NCBI GenBank assembly: GCA_018822365.1
Contig: JAHJKL010000061.1
Span: forward strand, 13,242 to 77,241
Source: Candidatus Margulisiibacteriota bacterium
GTDB lineage: Bacteria; Margulisbacteria; WOR-1; O2-12-FULL-45-9; XYB2-FULL-48-7
Direction of reading: 5' to 3'
Length of the DNA: 64,000 bases
This document shows, in pieces, positions 44,670-55,124 of this stretch. The stretch's first letter is position 1. Each line of letters begins with the position of its first letter. The notes beneath the pieces are model-generated. The model saw only the letters and a list, made by a program, of their open reading frames with translations, was not told the origin of the DNA and searched no databases. Made by a program: the position numbers and the translations under genes.

Positions 44670-44670
44670 C

Positions 44671-44942
44671 TTATCTGACGCGGGGGAGAGGTTGTTTGGA
44701 GTAAACGTCGAGGAGTGTGCCGATCTGTTCAAAATAGTGTCCGACGACCGGGAAGTTGACCAGTTGAGCGATAACCCTGGTCAAGACAAAGAAAACGATC
44801 CCAAGTATCAGGGTCGTGCCGAGCGCAAACCCGACCCCTTGGGCAATTCCGTTAAGAAAGGTGAAAAGTATGTAGCGCCATGGTTGATGTTTGTCCCGGC
44901 GGACTCTTTCGATAGCTTCAAAGAGCCTGATATCTTCGTCCA

Positions 44943-44943
<1 letters not shown>
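44671..44943 (-). CDS. DUF5665 membrane protein
   Basis: 90-aa protein with one TM helix. Match is to a family placement, not a function. Confidence 0.5.
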
Positions 44944-46211
<1,268 letters not shown>

Positions 46212-46266
46212 TCATTCCTCCAAAATAATTAATTTGCTGACCAACAGTATAACATAAAAGAACTAA

Positions 46267-49059
46267 TCAGAGAGAGCCGACAACCTTGGCGCAACGGGCG
46301 CATAGGGTCGGGTGTTCCTTGTTTTGTCCCACGCTTTCGCGCCAGTTCCAACAACGCTCACATTTTTGTCCCGATGCGGGAGTCACTCCTATTACGGTGG
46401 AAGGATTCTGTTTGAGGGAAACTTTTGAAACGATAAATATCATTGGTAAAAGGTCTTCAACTGATTTTAGGATAGGATAATCATTGCTTGAGGCTAGTAT
46501 GCTCACGTCCGCGTCAAGGCTCGATCCAATTTCCTTTTTAAATCGGCTTCCTTCAAGCATAAAATTAACTTGTTTTTTTATGCCCAGAACAATTTCCCAT
46601 TTATCTTCTAATTTCCCATCAAGGTATTTCTGGTCTGCATTAGGCATTGTTGATAAAAATATACTACATTCATTTGTCATTAAAAACTTATTAATGTTTT
46701 CCGCCGTAAAAGAGAGGATCGGGGCCATCAGGCAGACTAACGCTTTAAGGACCTCGTTCATAGCGAATTGAGCGGAGCGACGCTCTGGCGAATCTTTGCC
46801 GCCGCAGTAAAGCCGGTCTTTGGAGCTATCAAGATAAAAAGCCGACAGGTCGTTGACGCAAAAGTCGTAAAGTGAGTGGTAAATCAGATGTAATTCGTAC
46901 TCATCGTACGCTTTGGTCGTTTTTTCAATTAAACGATGGAGGCGAAGGAGGATCCACCGGTCGATTTCCAGAAGTTGGTTGGCTTGGAACCCAGCGACAC
47001 TATCGTCGCGGTTTCCGGGAACAAAGTCGTACAAATTGCTCATCAAGAAGCGGCAGGTGTTGCGGATCTTGAGATAAGCTTCCTGAACCTGCTTGAGAAT
47101 GCTTTCCGAGGCGGCCATGTCGTTGCGGAAATCGGTCGAAGCGACCCAGAGGCGGAGGACATCGGCCCCATAGCGTTTTACCACATCCTGTGGATCGATG
47201 ACGTTCCCCTGCGACTTGCTCATTTTTTTTCCTTTATCATCGATGGTGAATCCGTGGGTCAGAACGGCCCGGTAGGGAGCAGCCCCTTTGTAGCCTACTC
47301 CGAGAAGCAGGGAAGATTGAAACCATCCCCGGTGCTGGTCGGACCCTTCCAGATAAAGATCGGCCGGCCAAACATGGCCGGGGATCGTTTCCAGGACCGC
47401 CGCATGGGATGAGCCTGACTCAAACCAGACGTCGAGAATGTCGGTCTCTTTGGTAAAATCGGAGCCGCCGCAATCCGGACACTTGGTCCCGGATGGGAGG
47501 ATATCTTTGGCTTCTTTGGCGAACCAGCCATTGGTCCCCTCCCTGAGAAAAAGGTCGCGGATCGCCTGGTTAAATATACCGGTCATCTGTGGTTTGTGGC
47601 ATTTTGTGCAGTAAAAGACCGGGATCGGCACTCCCCAGGCGCGCTGACGGGAGATGCACCAGTCGGGGCGTCCGGAGACCATCCCTCTGATCCGGTTTTC
47701 ACCCCAGGCGGGATACCATTTGGTCTGGCCGATCGCTTTTAGGGCTTCCTGCCTTAATTCGCGGTGATCAACCGAGATAAACCATTGTTCGGTCGCCCTA
47801 AAAATAACCGGGCTCTTGCAGCGCCAGCAGTGGGGGTAAGAATGTTTCATGAATTCCAGCTTGAGCAGAGTGCCGTCCTCTTTCATCTTCTCGGTGATCA
47901 GCTTGTTCGCTTTATCGTAATAAATGTTGATGAGCCAATCCGGGACGGTTGAGTCAAAATAGCCGCGCGGGTCGACCGGCATGATTATCGGGAGCTTATA
48001 CTTTAAGCCGACCTGATAATCTTCGGCGCCGTGTCCGGGGGCAATGTGGACCAGGCCGGTCCCTTGTTCCAGTGTGACCAGCTCGCCTAAAATCACCGGG
48101 ACCTGTCGGTCGATAAATGGATGCTGGCAAAGTATCCCCTCCAGATATTTTCCATGGGTCCGTTCAATTATTTTATGCTCTTTGATCTCCAGCTTTTGTA
48201 AAAAGCTTTCCAAAAGCCCTTCGGCTACGACATAGACGTTTTCCGCTTCCGGTGGTCCTGTACTGACAAAAACATACTCCAGCTCCGGATGAGCGCAGAT
48301 GGCGACATTGGCCGGCAGGGTCCAGGGGGTGGTGGTCCAGACGACAAAAAAGACCTGATCGTTGACTTTAGCTAATGGTGACTTGCGGTTTAAGACCAGT
48401 GATTTGTTGTCAACCACTTTGAATTTGACAAAGATCGATGGGGAGCGGTCGTCTTCATATTCAATTTCCGCTTCGGCTAGAGCAGTGGTATCATTGGGGC
48501 ACCAATGGATCGGTTTAAGTCCCCGGTAGACATAGCCTTTTTCCGCCAGAACGCCGAATAGGGCGGCGATATTTTCTTCGTATGAATGATTGATCGTTAA
48601 ATATGGGTTTTGCCAATCGGCAAAAACCCCGAGCTTTTTGAACTCACCCCGCTGCAGATCGACGTATTTTAAGGCGTAGTCCCGGCATTTTTCGCGAAAT
48701 TCCGAGATCGGCATCTCTTTTCGTTTTTCCCCGATCTCTTTAAGCAATTGAGTTTCAATCGGCAGTCCATGACAATCCCATCCCGGAACAAAGGGAGCAT
48801 GGAACCCTTGCATCGATTTATATTTAACCACAATATCTTTGAGTATTTTATTGAGCGCGTGGCCAAGATGGATATCACCATTGGGATATGGGGGGCCGTC
48901 ATGCAGGATAAATGGCTTGTTTTTGGCGTTTTTGTCCTGGATTTGTGAGTAAATGTTTTGTCCGTTCCAATAGGTGAGCATCTCTTCTTCGACCTTTCCC
49001 AGGTTCGCTCTGATCGGGAAGTCGGTCTGAGGCAGGTTCAGGGTTTTCTTGTATTCCAT
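46267..49059 (-). CDS. ileS: isoleucine--tRNA ligase
   Basis: HLGH and KMSKS motifs. C-terminal zinc finger (CERCWNW...CARC). Confidence 0.95.
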   Translation of the reverse strand: MEYKKTLNLPQTDFPIRANLGKVEEEMLTYWNGQNIYSQIQDKNAKNKPFILHDGPPYPNGDIHLGHALNKILKDIVVKYKSMQGFHAPFVPGWDCHGLPIETQLLKEIGEKRKEMPISEFREKCRDYALKYVDLQRGEFKKLGVFADWQNPYLTINHSYEENIAALFGVLAEKGYVYRGLKPIHWCPNDTTALAEAEIEYEDDRSPSIFVKFKVVDNKSLVLNRKSPLAKVNDQVFFVVWTTTPWTLPANVAICAHPELEYVFVSTGPPEAENVYVVAEGLLESFLQKLEIKEHKIIERTHGKYLEGILCQHPFIDRQVPVILGELVTLEQGTGLVHIAPGHGAEDYQVGLKYKLPIIMPVDPRGYFDSTVPDWLINIYYDKANKLITEKMKEDGTLLKLEFMKHSYPHCWRCKSPVIFRATEQWFISVDHRELRQEALKAIGQTKWYPAWGENRIRGMVSGRPDWCISRQRAWGVPIPVFYCTKCHKPQMTGIFNQAIRDLFLREGTNGWFAKEAKDILPSGTKCPDCGGSDFTKETDILDVWFESGSSHAAVLETIPGHVWPADLYLEGSDQHRGWFQSSLLLGVGYKGAAPYRAVLTHGFTIDDKGKKMSKSQGNVIDPQDVVKRYGADVLRLWVASTDFRNDMAASESILKQVQEAYLKIRNTCRFLMSNLYDFVPGNRDDSVAGFQANQLLEIDRWILLRLHRLIEKTTKAYDEYELHLIYHSLYDFCVNDLSAFYLDSSKDRLYCGGKDSPERRSAQFAMNEVLKALVCLMAPILSFTAENINKFLMTNECSIFLSTMPNADQKYLDGKLEDKWEIVLGIKKQVNFMLEGSRFKKEIGSSLDADVSILASSNDYPILKSVEDLLPMIFIVSKVSLKQNPSTVIGVTPASGQKCERCWNWRESVGQNKEHPTLCARCAKVVGSL

Positions 49060-49107
49060 TTTTAAATTTTATCATTTTCTAGCGGTAAAAACAACGAAGC
49101 GCGGTCG

Positions 49108-51057
49108 TTAAGCGGCCGGAAGCGTGACGGTAACAGTTGTGCCGCTTCCTTCGGAGCTGTCGATCTTGATCGATCCTCCTTGTTCTTCAAGGATCTTTTT
49201 CGTGATGGGGAGTCCGAGGCCGGTCCCCGCTTCTTTGGTGGTGAAGAATGGGTCGAAGATCCGTTTTAAGACTTTTGGCGGTATCCCAGGGCCGTTATCT
49301 TTAAAGGAAATATGATCGGAGCCGGAGTCCTGGATAAGCGCAATAGAAACTGTTCCGCCCCCCGGACCGATCGCCTGCAAAGCGTTGGCAAGAATGTTCA
49401 TAAAGACCTGGACGATCCGGTTTTTATCGGCCATGACCGTGATCGGACTGCCGCTGTCATATTCTTTGGTTAACTTAACACTGTTTTTCTTGATCTCGTG
49501 ACCGAGGATGGCGATCACTTTTTCCAGCACCGGGGCAAGCTGGACCGGTTCCGGCTTGAGGTTTTGCATTTTAGAATAATCAGAAAGGCCGTCTAAGATC
49601 AGCTTGATCCGCTCAACTTCGGCCGGAAGTATTTTAATGACGCTCTCTTTGAATTCCGGGTCGTCCCAGCGCTTGTCCATGGCATGGACGACGGTATAGA
49701 GAAAAGTAAACGGATTTTTCAGCTCGTGGGCGATGCCGGCGGTAGCTGTCCCGAGGGCGGCCAGCTTTTCCGCCTGGATGCAATAATCCTGGTTGCGTTT
49801 GAGCTCTTCAAAGATAAAAGCGTATTCAATGCTAAGGGTGATCTGATGGGCCAGGGCGGTCAGGAACTCAATGTCTTCCCGGGAAAAATCGTCGAGATGG
49901 AATTTTTCTCCCAGGTTAATTGTCGACAGCAGCATCGTTTTATTGAAATGACCGCTCTCGGAAATGCTTGGAATGATCAGGGTCGCCTTCAGCTTGTTCA
50001 TTTCGTTGATTATGGCCTGCAGGCGGAGACGCTCGGCGGGATGGTCTTTTCCTCTGATCTTCAGGAGCGCTTTGACTTCATCCAGGACGATCTCCCGTTT
50101 GCGGGCCAACAATTCTTCGATGAGCGGGGAATCTTCGGCGATCTCGATCCCTACCGTGTCGGCCGCTTCTCTTTCGCCCGCTCTAACGATATAAGTTTGT
50201 TTTTCGCGGTCAAGGACCATAGTTGAAGCGGCCGAGAGGAAGAGCTCTTTGGTCAGCAGGTATGGGGCAAGGCGGCAAAAGCGGTCAAGATCGACCTCCG
50301 GCTTGGCCAGGGCGGTAATGTATTTGCTGATGATCTGCTGGTAGTTTGGCCGCCGGCGGTGAGGGCTAAAACGAAAATTGAGAGGGACATCGACTGCTTT
50401 GACCCTGACGGTCGCGTAAATAACAATGCCGATAAAAAGCATGATCGCCAGATAACCGATCGGATATAACGGGGTTTCCGTCCGCTTAAATTGATCGATA
50501 AAACCGAGCAGGCTAGCGCAAAAAGCCAGCAATAAAAGAAGCGATTGCCGGGCCAATAGAGGCCTGGCCTGTTTCATTGCCCGGTGGTAATTCAGAAAAA
50601 GAAGAAAGAGCCCAAGGGCCGAGAGAGCAAATAAATAAAAGGAAAAGAGCGGGTAGAGGGGCCCGGCGACCGGATAAAATCCCCAGAAGTAATGAATAGC
50701 TTCTTGAAAGATCTGTTTAGTGAAAAAGGCAACGATCACAGCGAAGGAACTGGTGGCGTACAGGATAGTGAACAGCCAGCCAGGCAAACGAAGGCTGACT
50801 TGAGTCGCGATGAATTGAAAGGAGAAAACCGGAAGGAAGGCGATCCCGATAAATCCGAGCCGACTAAAAAGCAAGGCTAGATTCCTTTCCGGGGTTAAAT
50901 ACATCAGGCCGGAACAGATCAGCCACCAGGCGGCGCTCAAGGAAAAAAACGACAACGGAGCGATAAGTTTGGAGCGGGGGTTGCTGGATAGGATGAACAA
51001 GCCGAAAAACGCGGCCGCGGCGCCTACGGCTAGAGGGGGCAAGGCGTAAATGTTCAT
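49108..51057 (-). CDS. multi-TM sensor histidine kinase (orphan)
   Basis: Six to seven N-terminal TM helices and a GAF-like region, then an H-box (AGIAHELKNP) and HATPase_c. Confidence 0.8.
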   Translation of the reverse strand: MNIYALPPLAVGAAAAFFGLFILSSNPRSKLIAPLSFFSLSAAWWLICSGLMYLTPERNLALLFSRLGFIGIAFLPVFSFQFIATQVSLRLPGWLFTILYATSSFAVIVAFFTKQIFQEAIHYFWGFYPVAGPLYPLFSFYLFALSALGLFLLFLNYHRAMKQARPLLARQSLLLLLAFCASLLGFIDQFKRTETPLYPIGYLAIMLFIGIVIYATVRVKAVDVPLNFRFSPHRRRPNYQQIISKYITALAKPEVDLDRFCRLAPYLLTKELFLSAASTMVLDREKQTYIVRAGEREAADTVGIEIAEDSPLIEELLARKREIVLDEVKALLKIRGKDHPAERLRLQAIINEMNKLKATLIIPSISESGHFNKTMLLSTINLGEKFHLDDFSREDIEFLTALAHQITLSIEYAFIFEELKRNQDYCIQAEKLAALGTATAGIAHELKNPFTFLYTVVHAMDKRWDDPEFKESVIKILPAEVERIKLILDGLSDYSKMQNLKPEPVQLAPVLEKVIAILGHEIKKNSVKLTKEYDSGSPITVMADKNRIVQVFMNILANALQAIGPGGGTVSIALIQDSGSDHISFKDNGPGIPPKVLKRIFDPFFTTKEAGTGLGLPITKKILEEQGGSIKIDSSEGSGTTVTVTLPAA

Positions 51058-51223
51058 ATTTCTCCTTTGGGAACTACCCTTGGCAAATTATCCCATAATA
51101 GTTTGGTAATATCAATTTGATTGACGAATAATCGACAGTACACTTGTTGTGATATTTTAATATTAAGTTTATACTATTTAAATAGGAACAAAAAATTGAT
51201 TGAAACTTTAGATTAAGGAGTTA

Positions 51224-51976
51224 ATGATGAAAAAAATAATTGCTTTGGTCTTTACTTTTTTGTTGGTCTGCCCTGTTGCCTTTGCCGATTCAACGGCTTC
51301 GGTTGATCTGGTCGTTAAAAAGGTTCAGCAGAACCAGGACCGTATCAATGACATGTATGCAGAGACCACGACATTGATCAGCTCTAACCTGGCCTTGCCG
51401 GGGTCAGAAAAAAACGAACCTCAGAAGATGACCCAAAAAGGGAAGGTTTGGACCAAAGGGAAAGAGAAGTCAAAGGTTGAGATGCTTTCGCCTGTAAAGC
51501 AGGTAACTATTACTAATGGCGACAAAATGATGGTCGTTAATCCGGAGACCGGACAGAAAGTGGTCCAGGACCTGAAAAAACTGCGCGAGCAGAGCGGGAT
51601 GCCCGGTTCTTCCCAGCAAATGGACCTGGAGAAAGCAAAGCAATATTTTGACTTTACTGTTGCCAATAAAGGGGTGCCGGGAAAGGCGATCTATGTTATT
51701 TCAGGCACCCCAAGGAAAGAGAATAAATTCCTTTCCCGGATGGAGCTTTATATTGACGGTGAACGCTGGATCGCGACCAGGATCATGATGTACGGGAGCA
51801 AAGGAGAGCTGGTCAGCCAGTCTGACATTGATTATGCCATGATCAGTGGGGTTTGGATCCCCAAAAAGAACGTTTCTTTTGTCAGTACGCCGGCCGGCCG
51901 GATGGATGTGGAGATGGATTTTGATAACATCAAGGTCAACCGCGGGATCAGCGATTCGGTCTTTAAAGTAGAATAG
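51224..51976 (+). CDS. LolA-like / outer-membrane lipoprotein-sorting fold protein (putative)
   Basis: Signal peptide and a ~230-aa beta-rich domain resembling LolA/DUF4292. Tentative. Confidence 0.4.
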   Translation: MMKKIIALVFTFLLVCPVAFADSTASVDLVVKKVQQNQDRINDMYAETTTLISSNLALPGSEKNEPQKMTQKGKVWTKGKEKSKVEMLSPVKQVTITNGDKMMVVNPETGQKVVQDLKKLREQSGMPGSSQQMDLEKAKQYFDFTVANKGVPGKAIYVISGTPRKENKFLSRMELYIDGERWIATRIMMYGSKGELVSQSDIDYAMISGVWIPKKNVSFVSTPAGRMDVEMDFDNIKVNRGISDSVFKVE

Positions 51977-52837
51977 CTATTCAACGATCATTTTGACTAG
52001 GGTTTCTATCTCTTCGCGGCCGTGGATTGGGAGTCCCTGGCTCAGCTCGCTGATATGCAGGCCGAGAAGTATGGAGCCGCGCAGAAGCCGAGCGATCTCC
52101 AGTAATTTTTCACCTCGAAGCGGGACATCGGTGTCAAACGAAACAAAAACCGGCTTTCCCGCAAGATAAACCCCTGTGAGGGATTGACTGATCGTTACCC
52201 CGGCATTTTTAAGCAATGAATATTCGGCAAAATCCCTAAGCCGCCTGTCCCGCCTGATCTCCCTGATATTTATCGAAGGGTTGACTGCCGCCACATTGTC
52301 CGCCGCCCGGCGGGTGAATTCGGAAAATTCTTCAATAACCTGGTAATTAAAGAGCGCTCCGGCCGCCTCGCATTTATGCTCGCGAGCGAAAGCCTCGGCC
52401 TTTATTTGCTGACCGGAACCAATAATAAATAGATTGGTCGGTTTGATATGGTTAAGATAGATGCCAAATCCCCAAAAAGCCCAGTTGGTATAAGTCAGGT
52501 CCACCCCATCCAGGTGATTGTCAAGAGTGACGATGGCGATATCCTGGTCCGGATAGGTTCCGGCCAGCGCCTTGTAAAAGGGGAGGGAATAAAGGTGTTG
52601 GTCGGTCACCAGCAAGGGGATGGTTCCGGTTGTTGCCTCAAGACAATCGGTCATGAAGCGACGGTGCCGGCGAAAATCAGCGATGCTGTTGCTTAACCGG
52701 GCGGGAGGGGAAAGAAGGGAGAGTTCAGGGAGCTGGTCGGGCCTTTTTCCGGGCAAATCGATCCGGTGGGCCTGGGTGATCGGATGGCCATATGAATTTT
52801 GGACGATCAAGCTGATCTGCGGCCTGGTTATTAACAT
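51977..52837 (-). CDS. divergent arginase/agmatinase/formiminoglutamase-family protein
   Basis: Arginase-fold motifs with substitutions (VTLDNHLDGV in place of DAHxD; SFDTDVPL). Confidence 0.4.
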   Translation of the reverse strand: MLITRPQISLIVQNSYGHPITQAHRIDLPGKRPDQLPELSLLSPPARLSNSIADFRRHRRFMTDCLEATTGTIPLLVTDQHLYSLPFYKALAGTYPDQDIAIVTLDNHLDGVDLTYTNWAFWGFGIYLNHIKPTNLFIIGSGQQIKAEAFAREHKCEAAGALFNYQVIEEFSEFTRRAADNVAAVNPSINIREIRRDRRLRDFAEYSLLKNAGVTISQSLTGVYLAGKPVFVSFDTDVPLRGEKLLEIARLLRGSILLGLHISELSQGLPIHGREEIETLVKMIVE

Positions 52838-52950
52838 GAATTATTATCGTTCCAGTAGTTTAGGAATTTCATGGTTATCCGCCTATTAATTACATAGCCG
52901 ACTATTGACTTTATCGCGTTTGGCAGAGTATAGTTTAATAGGGTGTAATA

Positions 52951-53871
52951 GTGGCTAACCGAAAAAAGAAAAAACATTTTACTTTTATGATCGTGCCGCA
53001 CGACGCGCAGGGAGCGCCGATCAGCTTCAAGGTCCCGGCCAGCTGGCTGTATACCGGGGCTTTTGCTTTGGTCTTTTGCCTGCTTTTGGTCGGGTCGTCC
53101 ATTGTCTACTCCACATTAATATCGCGTCGTTTGGTCGGTTATACCCACGCCCTGGCCAAGAATGAAAAACAGGAAGCCCGGCTTTCCGCCTTTTCTCAAA
53201 AGACCGCTCAAATAATGGGGACCATTGATAAGTTGGCCTCCGAAGAGAACAACCTCCGAAAAATGCTCGGCTTAAAGAGCTGGAAGAACCAGGCACGACT
53301 CCCTTTTGATTTAAAGTCATCCCCTGAAGCTAAAGATAAAATATCTCTTGAACTTGGCCAGGCCGCGGTCAGGCTTTCCGAGCGAAGAGAGAGCCTAGAA
53401 GAACTTAGGTCATGGGTAAAAAAAGTCCAGGAACGGTTGGTGGAAACCCCAACCTCATGGCCGATCTATGGTAGAATAACTTCTGGGTTTGGATACCGGG
53501 TCTATCCATGGCGTGGCAGGCACACTGGAGTGGACATTCAGGCCAGTTATGGGGCTCCGGCCAGGGCGACTGCTGACGGTCATGTCTCTTTTGTCGGGTG
53601 GATCAGAGGTTACGGCAAAGCGGTCATCGTTCAGCATCAGAACGGCATTTCTACCTTATACGGGCATAATTCCAGGTTTGCCGTAGCCCAGGGACAGAGG
53701 GTAAGCAAAGGACAGATTGTTTCTTATATCGGTATGACCGGCTGGACGACCGGTCCGCATTTGCATTATGAAGTCAGGGTGAATAACGTAGCAAAAAATC
53801 CAATGGCGTATCTTGACATGAATGTCGTGACCGCCAGTCGGATGTGGAGGGGAAAAAATGGGAGTATTTAA
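52951..53871 (+). CDS. M23-family (LytM-type) peptidase with N-terminal TM and coiled coil
   Basis: HxxxD and HxH motifs (GRHTGVDIQ..., GPHLHYEV). Coiled-coil region as in EnvC/Csd1. Confidence 0.8.
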   Translation: MANRKKKKHFTFMIVPHDAQGAPISFKVPASWLYTGAFALVFCLLLVGSSIVYSTLISRRLVGYTHALAKNEKQEARLSAFSQKTAQIMGTIDKLASEENNLRKMLGLKSWKNQARLPFDLKSSPEAKDKISLELGQAAVRLSERRESLEELRSWVKKVQERLVETPTSWPIYGRITSGFGYRVYPWRGRHTGVDIQASYGAPARATADGHVSFVGWIRGYGKAVIVQHQNGISTLYGHNSRFAVAQGQRVSKGQIVSYIGMTGWTTGPHLHYEVRVNNVAKNPMAYLDMNVVTASRMWRGKNGSI

Positions 53872-54295
53872 CGGTTCCGGTAAAAAGGCGCCGCTTTTTG
53901 AAGGGGTCAATTCGGTCCTGGGGGAACATTCCACATTTAAAGGAGAGATCGTGACCGGTGGATCGATCAGCTTGAACGGTTTTTTTGAAGGAAAGATCAA
54001 GGCTGACGGCGAGGTTATGATCCTGCAAAGCGGCGTAGTTTCCGGTGAGGTATTTGGCGGTTCGATCGTTGTTTCCGGAAAAGTTGAAGGGAACGTCAGA
54101 GCGGCCGGCAACCTGGAGATCACCAAGACGGGGCGGGTACGGGGAGAACTTTGCGGCGAGCGGATCATTATTGAAGAAGGGGCAACCTATCACGGCAGGG
54201 TAACCGTTAACCCGGGGGCGAAAGAAGAAGGCTTTGGCGAAAACATGACCGAGAACGTTGCCGAAAACCGTAAAACGCCGATCTTTTCCAACTAG
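53858..54295 (+). CDS. bactofilin
   Basis: DUF583 beta-helical repeats (GxxIxGxVxxxG). Its start overlaps the M23 gene by 14 nt. Confidence 0.8.
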   Translation: MGVFNGSGKKAPLFEGVNSVLGEHSTFKGEIVTGGSISLNGFFEGKIKADGEVMILQSGVVSGEVFGGSIVVSGKVEGNVRAAGNLEITKTGRVRGELCGERIIIEEGATYHGRVTVNPGAKEEGFGENMTENVAENRKTPIFSN

Positions 54296-54991
54296 ATGTC
54301 CGGAACCCTTTATGTTGTCGCGACGCCGATAGGCAATTTGGAAGACCTAACTTATCGGGCCAGGCGGATCTTGTCTGAGGTTTCGCTCATTGCGGCGGAA
54401 GATACCAGACAGACCAGGATCCTTCTGGATCATTATGACATTTCCACCCCGCTGACCTCTTATCATAAATTTAATATTATGCGGAAAGCCGGACACTTGC
54501 TGGAAAAGCTACAAGCTGGAGCTGATTTGGCGATAGTGACCGATTCCGGGACCCCCTGCATCTCTGACCCTGGATATGAGCTGGTCAGGGCGGCCGCTGA
54601 GCAGGGCATTTTAGTTGTGCCAATCCCAGGCGCATCGGCGGCTATTGCCGCATTATCGGCGGCCGGTTTGCCGACCGACCGTTTTGCTTTTGAAGGTTTT
54701 TTGCCAAAACGGCCAGGTAAAAAGCGGAAATTGCTTGAAGCGTTGAAAAACGAAGAGAGGACGATTATAATCTACGAGTCTCCTTTTCGTTTGATAAGAA
54801 CATTAACGGAGATATTGGCGATCATGGGAGACAGGCAGGTTGCCGTTTGCCGGGAATTGACGAAAAAGTTCGAAGAGATAAAGCGAGGCCCGGCCTTGGA
54901 GGTTTTAGAGCATTTTCGATCTAAGACCGTCAAGGGAGAGATAGTGATCATTATTCAATCGGAAGAAGAAAAAAAGGAGGTGTCGCGGTAG
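54296..54991 (+). CDS. rsmI: 16S rRNA (cytidine1402-2'-O)-methyltransferase
   Basis: Tetrapyrrole-methylase fold (GTLYVVATPIGNLEDLT). Confidence 0.9.
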   Translation: MSGTLYVVATPIGNLEDLTYRARRILSEVSLIAAEDTRQTRILLDHYDISTPLTSYHKFNIMRKAGHLLEKLQAGADLAIVTDSGTPCISDPGYELVRAAAEQGILVVPIPGASAAIAALSAAGLPTDRFAFEGFLPKRPGKKRKLLEALKNEERTIIIYESPFRLIRTLTEILAIMGDRQVAVCRELTKKFEEIKRGPALEVLEHFRSKTVKGEIVIIIQSEEEKKEVSR

Positions 54992-55124
54992 TAAACCCGT
55001 CTTTGCGGATTTCTCAGCGGGAGAGAGTTAGCTAATAAGTAGGTTCTAGTCCTACTCCGATCGACGGGACGTGTTAGGGTTTTCCCGAGAACTCTATACT
55101 TCAAAATATCATGGGGGTATAGAG

